A stretch of 51,876 bases of DNA. Origin: Thelocarpon superellum. Lineage: Eukaryota. The notes below the pieces were generated by a model. It had not been told where the DNA came from. It worked only from the letters and a program-made list of their open reading frames with translations, and searched no databases. Location of the stretch: assembly GCA_026025795.1 (NCBI GenBank), contig JAPEUG010000085.1:1-51876 (forward strand). Direction: 5' to 3'. Below are positions 1 through 11,078 of the stretch, piece after piece. Every line of letters starts with the position of its first letter. The first letter of the stretch is position 1. The position numbers were made by a program, and so were the translations under genes.

Positions 1-944
1 CTTATGTCGCCCGCGCTCAGCGGTCAACATGCAAGGGTCGTGCTTGATACTGCCGAAACGATGGGCTGCCGGGTGGGTAGACAGAGCGCCAGGTACTTAC
101 CAATCCCGACGACCTTGCCGATGAGAATGAATTGTCGGGCGTAGCCGACTCTCATTTTGACATGCGGTATTTCATGCTGAGAAGGCGAGAGGAGGGGAAA
201 CCACAGCTCTGGCGAAGCGCATTATCTTGCGCGGCGGGCGGCGAGAGGCGAGGAAGGCAAGGCTAATTGCTTACTACTAGCGGGGCGCAGCCTGGGTAGC
301 AGAAGGGTCTACCTCAGGATCCTTGACCTCAGGACCCTTGCTGGTGAGCCTACCCTGCCTGCCCGCTTGAACTTGCATCGATGGTCGCTGTGGCGTGAGT
401 AGGGGACGATCCCCAATCTGTAGCGGAAGATCAGTCGTCGGGATGAGGCGTACCGCGATGGCGGGTAGGAGGGGTCCCGTCTTCGCGTAGGTACGGGCAC
501 GCAGTACGACTCGTACTACTGGGCCATGACGTGGTAGGCCGGCTCAGCCACGATGCACGCTTGTCCGAGCTCTGAAAACGGCGATCGGCTTGGTAGCGGC
601 GCGAACAGCGAGCCCGTCGGTGCTTGGCGATCTTGGCAGTTCGCCCTCGGTCGCTGGTGGTATGACGGAGGACGAGTCGGATCGTGCCAGGAGCGTTACA
701 GCGAAGTGGTGCAAGGCACTGCCGCCGCCATCGTGACGCATTCACTTGCCCGTGCCGTCGACCATCGCCTTTGCCGCGACAAGTAAACCGAGTCGCGATC
801 ACCTCCCTCCTGACCTCGTCCGGCGCACGGGATCAGACGTCGTCCGCCCCGCCACCATCGGCGCAACTACCGAGCACCGGGGCCCGAGGCACCTCCCGAT
901 CTATCTCTAAAACGTAGCGCCGTCCGGTGCCTCCATCACGGACA

Positions 945-2594
945 ATGGGTCAGTCTCAACACGCTGTGCTTGCTGCATCTGCCTCCCCTCCGGCCCCTGC
1001 GTCGGGTCCCCGCCGCCCCTGCTGACGATGGCCCTCTCCACAGCGTCCAAGATGAAGCAGGGATGCCGCCGCATCGTCTATGGATCACGCTCAAGCTCAT
1101 ACTATGGCAACGGCGGACCGCCCGCGGCTGATGACTTGGACAATGCAGACGAGGGTGCGAATGAGCAATCGACACTTCTTGGCTCACGACGGACCTCCTA
1201 TCGGTCCGAGGTGGGGGAGACGGGCTGGAAGAAATACCCCCGACACGTCTTGTACGTGACCAAGGCCACGCTGTTCAGCAACTACGTGAACGTCCTGCTC
1301 GTCTTTGTGCCCTTGGGCATCGTCTCGGGCGCGCTGGGATGGAACGCCACCGTCGTCTTCGTGCTCAACTTCCTGGCCATCGTCCCGCTGGCCTCCCTGC
1401 TCAGCTTCGCCACGGAGGAGCTTGCGGCCAAGCTGGGCCAGACCATTGGCGGTCTCATGAATGCCACTTTTGGCAATGCCGTCGAGCTGATTGTAGGAAT
1501 CCTGGATAGGAAAGGGTGCGCATGTGCTAATCTTGGCTCTAGGTCAGCATCGTTGCGCTCAATCAAAACGAGATCCGCATTGTGCAGGCGAGTATGATCG
1601 GGAGCATCCTGTCCAATCTGCTGCTGGTAAGTCCTTCGTCGTGCAAGACTCAGACGCATTCTCAGTCCATGACTTAGGTCCTCGGGACGTGCTTTCTGGT
1701 CGGCGGCTGGGGTCGGGTACAACAGACTTTCAACATGACAGCGGCCTCGACCATGTCATCGCTTTTGGCCGTGGCTTCCAACTCCTTGATCATCCCCGCC
1801 GCCCTCTACGCCGCGCTATCCAAGTCATCCTCAAGCGACACGGAGGAACAGATCTTGATCCTCTCGCACGGCACCGCCCTGATCATCCTCGTCCTGTACG
1901 TCATGTACTTGTACTTTCAGCTGCGGTCGCACGCCCACCTCTTCGACGAAGAAGAGTCGGCGGAGGACGAAGCCGTCAACGGCGAGCCCGTGCAGAAGGA
2001 CGAGGAAGAACACATTCTCAGCCCCATCTCCGCCGGAGTGGCGTTGGTCGTGGTGACCGTCATGGTTGCCGTGTGCGCCGAGTTTCTCGTGGACAGCATC
2101 GCCGAGGTAGTGGAGACGACGCACATGAGCAAGACCTTTATCGGCCTGATCCTGCTCCCCATCGTCGGCAATGCCGCCGAGCACGTCACGGCGGTCGTGG
2201 TGGCGCACAAGGACAAGATGGACCTGGCCATCGGCGTGGCCATCGGAAGCAGCCTGCAGATTGCCCTGCTGGTGACGCCGTTCTTGGTCATCTTGGGCTG
2301 GATCATGGATCGCCAGATGACGTTACATTTCGAGACCTTTGAGACGGTCGTCTTCTTCCTGTCTACGACCACGGTGAACTATCTCATCCAAGACGGCAAA
2401 TCCAACTACCTCGAGGGGGCGATGCTGATTGGCACGTATGTATCCTCACTCGGAGCCAGGGAACATGAACATGGCTGACACGACGTCGAACCAGATACGT
2501 CATCATCGCGCTAGCATTCTTCGTCTATCCCGATGATGCCGACGACGGCGGCGCCTTTGTCTTGACCTCTCTGAAGGGCATGGTAGGGATGTAA
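945..2594 (+). CDS. VCX1: Vacuolar Ca2+/H+ exchanger (CAX family), ~464 aa; exons 945-948, 1044-1492, 1543-1626, 1678-2435, 2495-2594
   Basis: CAX signature motifs NATFGNAVELI, GSILSNLLLVLG, LPIVGNAAEH, AIGSSLQIAL, DGKSNYLEG; acidic central loop; four GT-AG introns join into an open frame (1395 nt). Confidence 0.93.
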
Positions 2595-2673
2595 AAGCTG
2601 TTCTAAACCAGTCAAATTACAATACCAAAAAGGGGGTTCGGAGAGGCTCGGAGAAGGTTGTGCCGGAGTCGGA

Positions 2674-2703
2674 GACAGGACTGGACAGGACTGGACAGGA
2701 CTG
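2674..2703 (+). repeat. Tandem 10-mer (GACAGGACTG)x3 between convergent VCX1 and STN1 3' ends
   Basis: Read directly from sequence. Confidence 0.9.
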
Positions 2704-2849
2704 AACTGGGAATGCAGGATTTAGAAGTGTACATAGTCAACGTGCCGGGTTATTTTCGTCCGAGTATGCGGTATATATGACTTGGATATGTGCGTGGGGC
2801 CATGAGGCAGAGGAAGCGGTACGAAGTACACCGAGAAGACGTAGAGTTA

Positions 2850-3973
2850 TTAGATGCCTAGGGCCTCGTACCGTGCCGTGTCCGGCTTGCCCTTGCCTTT
2901 ACTCTTGCTCTTGCTCTTGCTCTTGCTTTTGCGTGACCGACGGCGCTTACCTTCTCCCTTCTCTTTCCCCTCGTCTGGTCCCATTTCCTGTTCCTTCTGC
3001 TCGTGCTCTCTTTCCGCGGGCCTCTTCGTCGGCCGTTGCGGATGACGATCTCTTGGCCGTTTGGCGACTCGGCGGGCTTCATCTACTGGTTGTTCTTGTG
3101 GTTCGAGAACCGGTTCGTCTCCCACGACTCTGGTCTTCATCGCTTTCTTCCGCTCTTCCTTGCCGCTCGCGACGGGAGGTGATGCGGCCGCCTTGAGGAG
3201 TCGCCGCTGCATCTTCGCTGAGACAGTCCACGGCCTCGACAAGACGTCTCGTCTGAAAGCGCAGAGCTCGATCCAGCAGTGCGCTTCTTCGGCCGTGTCG
3301 CGGACGATGCCTTGGTGCTTGTGTCAGTGGTTGCCGTAGATGATCGTGGAGAATGCCTCCGTGAGAAAGCACGGCCGCTCACTGATTCTCTTCAGCACCA
3401 TCTGCCGCGTATCGCGATATTCGCCCACGGTACCCTTTACCTTGACCACGCTTCCAAGATCGATGCCACGCAGATCAGGCACGTCTTCTTTCTTCTCCTT
3501 CTCCGTCGCCTCATCCGCTTTCGCACTAGGAGCGAAGCAGATGATGCTAATCGTGGCGCCACTGCTGTCGTCGAGCTCCATCACCCATCTTGTATCGTAG
3601 GCGTCAAACGCAACCAGCACGCCCACGAGCCGAACGAAGCGGATCGGGTGGTTGAGGTAGAAGTAGAGGTTTTGACCTGTCGTAGTCGCATTCACCCATT
3701 AGCAGAGGTCACGGGGTGGAAGAAGATGCGACCGGCAGAACAGAGAGGCTCGAGATTGTGACCGTGGGGGAGGGGGGGAGCGGGAGAGCTGGACATCTGT
3801 GCTATGCTCCTACCTTCATATCCTCGACGCGTCTGCAGCGCATGCACGTCCGCGGCCGTGAGCTTGACCCAGGCGTGGTAGGTGGGTGACACGACGTGGC
3901 AATATGCTGGGTAGTAGATCAAGCTCGATGATGACGCGTCAGCCGCCGCCGGAGCAGCAGCGTCCCCGTTCAT
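2850..3973 (-). CDS. STN1: CST-complex subunit Stn1-like OB-fold telomere-capping protein, ~304 aa; exons 3973-3814, 3676-3383, 3310-2850
   Basis: YPAYCH..SPTYHAWVKLTAADVHAL...GYEGQNLYFYLNHPIRFVRLVG, LDDSSGATI, VVKVKGTVGEYRDTRQ..LKRI, EEAHCW...RRDVLSRPW match fungal Stn1 N-terminal OB domain; introns 3677-3813 (GTAGGA..CAG) and 3311-3382 (GTGAGC..AAG) restore frame. Confidence 0.82.
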
Positions 3974-4062
3974 GTCATCTTTGGGGCTTGGACGAGGGAT
4001 GCCCGGGGTGTCTCGAATGCGGCTCCAGGCATCGCGTGAGTGGGGTACATGAGTACTTCGTC

Positions 4063-4085
4063 CTGTACGAGTATTACTCGTACAG
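4063..4085. promoter_or_regulatory. Perfect inverted repeat CTGTACGAGTA-T-TACTCGTACAG in the divergent STN1 / GPI-gene intergenic region
   Basis: 11-bp arms are exact reverse complements, 1-nt spacer; 90 bp upstream of the STN1 ATG. Function inferred only from position. Confidence 0.5.
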
Positions 4086-4484
4086 ATAGGTCACCACCTC
4101 GCGGTCCAAGTTCGCTGTACGACTCGCGTTGGAGGGGTCACCACTAGCGCCACGAGCTCGCCCGTCCCCGCCTTCCGCCGGGACATGTCTCGAGGCGCTC
4201 AAGGCCCACAATCGAATTGCTGAATGTAGAAAGCGACAGACCATTCTGGATCTCGTTCTTCATTCTGGATCTCGCTCCCGGACGCAGTTTGGTTTCACGT
4301 AAACTCCTCAGGCCCTGCAATCCGTTTGCCGATTCTGAACCTGGACGGTGACATGGCCAAACATGGCTTTGCCCCACCTGATCTCGCTCACCCTGACTTG
4401 TATCTCCCTGCTCTCTCACGTTCCTTTCTACGTCTTCAGATGTCCCTCCGAGCGTCTTGAAGTTCTAGAGACACTCTTGGAACA

Positions 4485-5059
4485 ATGAAGATCCAAGCCT
4501 GCCTCCCTCCCCCACTGTTCACCCTACATCTGGCCCTCTATCCTCCCACTCATGCCTCCAGCCAACAGAACTTGTATGTGAGCTTCAACTCCGCCACGTA
4601 CATCAGCATCTGATGTGTTTCCAGCCCCTTCGACTCCGCCATCGCACTGACCTGTGCCGGGTCAACCAGCTCCTGCGCTTCTATCGGCCAAGTAAATCAG
4701 TGCTGTGACGATACAATGACCTGTGACTTTGACAACGCGGGTGCTGTGGGCTGCTGCTGGAAAGCTTTGGTGTGTCGTGCTTGGTGGGTGGAGGGAGACA
4801 GGACCAACCGTCATCGTCCTCGGCGGCGGTGGTTCCCACACCGCCTCCGCCCTCTACACCCGCTCTTTCTGACGGCGCTGCTCCGTCATATTCTTCGGAG
4901 ACTATGGTCGAGTCGCCTAGAACCAGGCAGACGAGTGTGCCTGGTCCTTTTGGTCTTGTCACGGTGATGCAGTCGCCCAATGCCGGGCCTGTAGTCCCTG
5001 CCCATGACTCTTTGCTTATTGCTCTTGCTATCGCGGTGTTCGTTCAAATCTTCTATTAA
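4485..5059 (+). pseudogene. Small secreted Cys-rich, Ser/Pro/Thr-rich, GPI-anchor-type cell-surface protein gene with an apparent 1-nt frameshift near 4779 (pseudogene or sequencing error); intron 4574-4624
   Basis: Exon 1 MKIQACLPPPLFTLHLALYPPTHA (weak signal-like); after GTATGT..CTGAT..CAG intron TCAGSTSSCASIGQVNQCCDDTMTCDFDNAGAVGCCWKALVCR; the S/P/T-rich stalk and hydrophobic C-terminus (SLLIALAIAVFVQIFY*) lie in another frame. Confidence 0.62.
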
Positions 5060-5139
5060 CATGGGCCATGACGCATCTCTCTTCGCCTCCGACCATCGGT
5101 TTCTATCGTGAAGTCATGTCTCTCCCCCTTCTTGGCGTC

Positions 5140-6025
5140 TTAGCCGTCGGTTTTGGGTACTCCGACGAAAAGGGGCACTGTCGTAGCGTTCACACGGCGG
5201 AAGAACTAGGACCAAACTCATTAGTGAAGTGTTCTCACTCTGCGGACAGCTCCATCGTGCAAGGAGCAATGCAAGGGCAGACGAAGCCAAACACACCTGC
5301 CATGGCCAAGTACCCCACACGAAGCTCCATGACCAAAAGGCCCAAGACTCAACGTAGTGGAACCACCACAGCGGGCTGAGCAAGTGGCGAGAGCTTACAT
5401 TTTTGATCGAACTGTCGGGGAGCTTGCCGTCCCATTTATCCTGGACCTTATCAATCTTGCCCGACTCCTTGTCGTAGAAGATGTTGACCACGCTAGCGAT
5501 GGTCACTTCTTTGCCGATTCCTTTGACCTTGTACCGCGTCTTCAAGTCGAGCGTGATGGGATTGCCTGCGCTAGTGACGGAATGGTGCAGGGGCTCAATC
5601 TCTGAAAAGAGAGCCGGCAGCCCGTACTGTTGCTCGGTCAGCTCCCGCCTGGAAGATCAGAGACGTCGGGTGGTATCACCCATTGGGGCTGGTATTCTTT
5701 GCGACCTCGGGCGATGGTGATGGGATCTTCGAAGACGGCGTCGTCTTTCCAGAGACTTAATTTCTGCAGGGTCGGTTTTCCGGCAAAGAGCTGGCTAGGC
5801 GTCATTATCAAGCCTCCAGGGTTGACGTAGGAAAGGGCAGACGATGAAGGACATACATCGAGAACACTGCCGGTCAATAGCTTCTGTTGCTCGTCAAGCT
5901 CCACTCCAGGGGCAGTCTGGACGTTAGTGTTCTCGATGGGAACATTTGAATCTTCACGCACATTTGAAGTTAGATCATGTCTGAGTAGAGTATGAGAATG
6001 AAGGAATTTGCTCACTGGTCGCCAT
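5140..6025 (-). CDS. Conserved fungal SnoaL/NTF2-like hypothetical protein, ~169 aa; exons 6025-6016, 5951-5857, 5790-5680, 5626-5399, 5205-5140
   Basis: GSVLDLFAGKPTLQKLSLWKDDAVFEDPITIARGRKEYQPQWYGLP...KVQDKWDGKLP; 'AVFEDP' is typical of SnoaL-like folds; four introns give a 510-nt open frame ending FFRRVNATTVPLFVGVPKTDG*. Confidence 0.8.
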
Positions 6026-6423
6026 CTTGCGGATAGGTGAAGCAGTCGTTGCCCTTAGGGGAAGATAAAAGGTCTTGACGTTGGTTGCTGTGGTCCGACA
6101 GGTGGTGAAGGAACGCATCCGAAGCTTAGTGGTGCAGTATTGGAAGAAAATTCGCTATCCTCGTGTGTCTAAAGTGAAGATTACAACTGTCTCGGGCCTC
6201 CTTGATCTCTCAAATCAGCCAAACTATCGCCTGCCACTGCTCGGCCGGTCATCCACGACAACATCATGATCTTGACGTAATCCCCTGACCCATGCCCACT
6301 CGCTTGCGCTTGCCACAATTCCTGCGTCAGCAACTTCTAGCGGGATAGCTAGACGGAGCTCCCCGTTCCTCGCACCTTAACATACTCTCACTCACAGATA
6401 CGCTTACCCAGCGATCAAACATC

Positions 6424-6429
6424 ACGCGT
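6424..6429. promoter_or_regulatory. MCB-type element ACGCGT upstream of the J-protein gene
   Basis: Exact ACGCGT ~90 bp upstream of ATG 6519; a single 6-mer, so weak. Confidence 0.3.
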
Positions 6430-6518
6430 TGGCACACGTTGCTGCGTGTTTGATAAGTTGGCAGCATCGACCTGGTCCACCTTTCCACTTCCATTCACGC
6501 ACGAGTCACCCGACAGCC

Positions 6519-7643
6519 ATGGCTTCTAAAGTAGAAGAGCTCGTCGATGAGCCTCCCACCTCAATAAACCCTTACGAGATCCTGGGATTAGATAAGAAAG
6601 CCTCTGCCACCGAGGTCAAGACAGCCTATCGTAAAGCGGCGCTCAAGCACCACCCAGGTAAGACCAGGACGAATCCAGTGTCTCCCTTTCGCAGCTAACA
6701 GATGAGCGGCACAGACAAGGCAAGCGCCGACAGAAAAGACAGCGCACATCAACGGTTCCAAGAGATCGCCTTTGCCTATGCCATTCTCTCGGACGAGCAC
6801 CGTCGTTCTCGCTACGACACCACGGGGCGGACAGAAGAGTCGCTCGACCTCGAGGATGACAGCTTCAACTGGACCGAGTATTACCGCGAGCAATGGCAGG
6901 ATGTCGTGTCCCGCTCGACACTCGAGGAGTTCAGCAAGGAGTACAAGGGCTCGGCCGAAGAGACGGCCGACCTCCTGAGCAGCTTCACATCCAACAAGGG
7001 AAACATGGACTCCGTGTTCGAGGAAGTGATGCTCAGCAATCCTATCGAAGACGAGTCGCGGTTCCGCGAACTTATCGACAAGGCCATCGCTGCGGGCTCG
7101 GTCAAGGCCTACCCGGCGTACACCAAAGAGACCAAGGGACAACGCACGGCGCGTGCGAGGCGCGCCAAAAAGGAAGAGGCCGAGGCGATTGAGCTCGCCC
7201 AGATGTTAGGGGTACACGACAAGATCTTCGGCACCGACAACAAGGACAAGGACGGATCGACGAAGAAACGAAAGCGCAAGGGCGAAGAGAACGACGAAGA
7301 CGCGCTCAAGGCACTGATCCAACAACGCCATAAAACGACATCCGCCAACTTTCTCGATTCGCTTGAAGCGAAATACGGCGGAGGAGGGATGAAGGATAAG
7401 AGAAAGGGAATGGCAGCGAAGAGCCAGAAGGGAAAGAAGAAGGGGAAGAAGGCGATAGTTGAAGAGGACGACGAGGACGATGGGGAGGAAGTGGAGATGG
7501 ACGAGGGACCCCCTGAATCAGCATTTAAAGAGATGGACCGACGCGGAGGAGCGAACCGTCCCAGCCGTACTACTACTACCACCACCACAACGAAGCAGAA
7601 CAGGGCGAAGGCGAAGTCGAGAAGCAAGCAGACGGCCAGGTAA
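6519..7643 (+). CDS. DnaJ-domain protein, DNAJC9-type (nuclear, Lys-rich C-terminus); exons 6519-6657, 6715-7643
   Basis: NPYEILGL..KTAYRKAALKHHP|DK (HPD motif split by intron 6658-6714, GTAAGA..CTAAC..CAG), FQEIAFAYAILSD..RR.RYDTTG, YKGSAEE..DLL, 'L.ALIQQR...FLDSLEAKYG' characteristic of the DNAJC9 group. Confidence 0.9.
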
Positions 7644-7944
7644 GCCTTCACCGGCACTCTGCATGCATTTCAGCCGGGGGCAGGAAAGGAAAATGCGGGT
7701 GAGCATGCGTTGGGAGAAGAGCGATCGAGGTTTGGCTTCGGGTTTCATCTCTTCTGCAATCTCGCTCGTCGGAGCCTGCTTCCTCACATCGATAACCTCC
7801 CCCCTTGCCCCTACCTCTGCCCCTCCCCCTGCACACAGCCCAGATCTTTCCGGCCCGTCCTGCACGTTCTGTTTTATTGGCGCTTCTTTACTGCTGCTGC
7901 CTAGCGAGAGGCAGATGGGCGGCATTGGCATTGATAGAAGGAAG

Positions 7945-7995
7945 TTGGAGCTGGAATTGGAGCTGGAGCTAGAGCTGGAGATTGGAGTTGGAGTT
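7945..7995 (+). repeat. Degenerate hexamer microsatellite (TGGAGC/TGGAGT-like) in the convergent DnaJ-Usp intergenic region
   Basis: ttggagctggaattggagctggagctagagctggagattggagttggagtt read directly. Confidence 0.75.
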
Positions 7996-8531
7996 GTGAC
8001 TCGAATTTCGAGTGGGACGATACCAACGATCCACATCGCCGCTCGTGCCAGTCGTCTACGTTATATCAAGTTACGTTACGTGCTCCTGTGTTCGTTCGGC
8101 GTACCCTTGTGCCTCTGCCTCTGCCTCTGCCCATGCGTGCTAATCTGTTTTTTCATTCATACGAGATCCATACCCGTGAATACCATGCTTGCACCCTTCC
8201 TCTCTCTCTTCCTGCTGATGATTTGCACATCCCTTATCCCTCATCCCTTGTCTCTATGCCGTATACAGTATGCCATGTCCTGCCGTGCCGTGCTATGCCA
8301 TGCCGTGCCCGTCCGTTGCTCACTCCGTTATCCCCATTCCAATTGCCCGCATAAAAGAAACAAGAGCAGAGTCGGTGACCAAGTGGGTATATCTCTCTTT
8401 CCCTGCTTCCTTCCTTCCTTTCTTCTTTCTTTCCTTTTTTCTTTCCTCGCTCCCTTGAAGTACTATTCGTCTTCTGTTACCTCCTAACGGCGTCAAGGCT
8501 GGGTCGTTCGTTCAAGGTGTCCGATCGTGAC

Positions 8532-10833
8532 TCAATATCGCGTCAGTTCATCAACCTTGGCAGCGGCCAACCCCTTCACCGGCATATTGAGATTATTCGA
8601 CAGTCGCACGTTTGTCTGCTTGTACTTCTTGCTGTGTTTGCGCAGTCGGCGTCGCGCCACCATGACCGGCACCGACGACTTGGTCACCAGGTAGTTGGAA
8701 AAGGAGCCGAGGAGAACCCTATAGGGCGTCAGCGAGCGTTGACGAGGCAGAGGAGGAGGAAGAGGAAGAGACCGACATACCCCTTCAACGCGCTCCGTCC
8801 GCGCGAACCGAGAACCACCAAGGTCGGGTCAATAAAGTCAATCTAGTCATGCTCGGGTTAGTGGCGATGAGATGGGAGCGGGGGCAGACCACACGAACCA
8901 CTTCCGTGATGAGATGTTTCGGGCTCTTGCAGTGCACAACCTCAATCACCACCCGCACCTGTAGTCGCGTCTTGCGTAGGAGCTTGACGCAGCGCTGTGA
9001 GATGTCTTCTGCCGCGTGAAATCGTTCCTGCTCGGCCTTGGATCGGTTCCGGCTGTCCGGCGACGCGCTGGCGCTCGCCGGGTCCACGGCGCGCATGGAG
9101 GCCAGAAGAGACGAGGTCGGTCCGGCGTGTAGCGTCCTCCCCGTCGATGCTCCCACATCCTCCTTGAGCGCGAGGGCGTCCTCGGGTACGGGGGTGTTCT
9201 CGCCGTCGCCACTCTTCCCTGTGCCTGTCTCCTCGTTGACGGCGTACATGGCCAGCAAGGTATCGCCGTCTCGGAGGACGGTGCCGATGGTCCACTCGAG
9301 GGCGTGTGCAGCTTCATCGCTCAGGTCGGTCGCCACGAGATAGGTGCGCTGCCGGCGCAGTCCGTCGTTGGCTTCCTGCTGCATCTGGGCAAAGTCGCCG
9401 CGGATGATGTTTCGGAGCACCCGGTTGGATTCGGGCGTCGAGACGATGGCGGAGAGGTTGATGCCCATGCGTTGCGCGCGTTTGAGGTCCGACAGGTCCG
9501 CCTCGGCGTCAGATCCCATTGGCGATGGCACGCCCGAGCTGCCCTGGTCAAAGCTGGTGGACGGATGCACGCCCAGGCGCTTGGCCACCATCCGTGCCCC
9601 CTCGGACGCGGGCGGAGTAGCAGGCGGAGGTCCCAGTAACGATCGGACTTGATATTTGGACGATACTTGTTGTCGTTCTTCCTCCGCCGCCGCCAAGAGA
9701 CTCAGCGTCTTCCGTGGACCCTTTCCGCGGCCCATGCCCACGGTCGATTCTATCCCCACACCGTTGCCGCTAGGATCTGAAGCAACCCCAGCGCCATGAC
9801 CTCGCTTTCGACTCCGTTTGCGCCCGCGACGGCCTTCACCTCCCCATTCCTCGTCCGAGGAACCCAGGGAGTCATCGTCCTCATCGCTCGTCTCGACGAC
9901 GGCTTGTTCGTCATCCCCCACGTCGTAGTAATCTTTCTGCAGTCGGACTTCGCCCGTCGCCGATACCGTCTGCCCGCTTTGTACGCCGAGATCGTCGGAC
10001 CCGTGCCGCGCCGGCAGATTCGACAAGCTGCCCCCTGACCGTGCTAGATGCACATCGGAGAGCCGTCGATAGGCGCTACCCAGGTCGAATAGCTGGCCAG
10101 AGCTACCGACAAAGGTACCTGGGGTCGGCATGAGATTGAAGGAGTTGGTGTTGAGGCGGGAGTGCGGCGACCGGGACCGACCCATCTGCGAAGACGGGGA
10201 CTTGGATGCGCCATGGGAGGAAATGCCCGTACCCGCGATGGAGTTCCGTCCTCGGTCGAGGCCAGACGTGGAGCTGCCCACTTTGCCGCCTTGTGTGACT
10301 CGTTTGGGAACGGCGCCAATTGAGACGTTTGGCACCATCTCGAACTGATAGTCGGACGTGGGCGAGGGCGCCGGCCGCACGGCGCCGGGTCGGTCTCGTT
10401 CTCGCAAGGCATGGCCGCTGAGGGCTGGCGGGTGGGCGGCGGCGTCGGACTTGCTCCGATGAAGAGCCGAGTCAGGTTGGTGAGGTGTGTGGAGGGGTGA
10501 GGTGTGGGCGCTGTTCGTTGCAGGGGCGGGTGGTGGACTGGCGGTCGGGTCGAGCATGCTACGCACGGCCGGCCGGGGTTCTTTCTCTCGGGGTGCTGAG
10601 GCGGCAGGCACGGAGCGGACGGGGACGTCGTCGCTAATATCGAGCATGCTTCGCACGGGCGATCGCGCCCCCAGCGGGCTGGCCGTCCGGCCATCCTGAC
10701 CTGAGACGCGCGCGAGGCCGGCGGCGCTGGTGAGAGACCGGGGCGGGCGCTGCGGGGTAGGCCCTTCGAGCAGCTTCAAGATCTCACGCCGCTCCTCGTC
10801 CAGGGCGGACTCTAGCGACATGTTCTTCACCAT
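8532..10833 (-). CDS. Universal stress protein (Usp) domain protein with long disordered N-terminus; exons 10833-8899, 8842-8781, 8718-8532
   Basis: YLVATDLSDEAAHALEWTIGTVLRDGDTL, HCKSPKHLITEVIDFIDPTLVVLGSRGRSALKGVLLGSFSNYLVTKSSVPVMVAR = Usp domain with G-x2-G-x9-GS motif; introns 8843-8898 and 8719-8780. Confidence 0.92.
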
Positions 10834-11050
10834 GGCCGCGCGCGGTGAAGGGCGAAGGGTGGGCGGCGTGCAGTGGGCGGCGATTCACGCTGGATGATGG
10901 GTCGATGAAGAGGTCGGGGTCGGCAGGATGTGATCGAGGACCCCGGGCGGTCAAGGGGAGTGCGAAAAGAGTTGGAAGAGGGTCGTCATGGGAAAGGGAT
11001 AGATCTTGTTCATTCAGGGCCGGTGGTTAGCGACACGACCGAGGCAGAGG

Positions 11051-11078
11051 TGGAGCCTGGAGCCTGGAGCCTGGATCC
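11051..11078 (+). repeat. 7-mer tandem repeat (TGGAGCC)x3 + TGGATCC upstream of the Usp gene
   Basis: Read directly; further degenerate copies to ~11106. Confidence 0.85.

Noticed and set aside
7459..8487. 342-aa plus-strand ORF overlapping the DnaJ 3' end
   Set aside because: Built from microsatellite translation (ELELEL, CLCLC, FLPSFLLSF); no domain; lies in convergent 3'UTR space.
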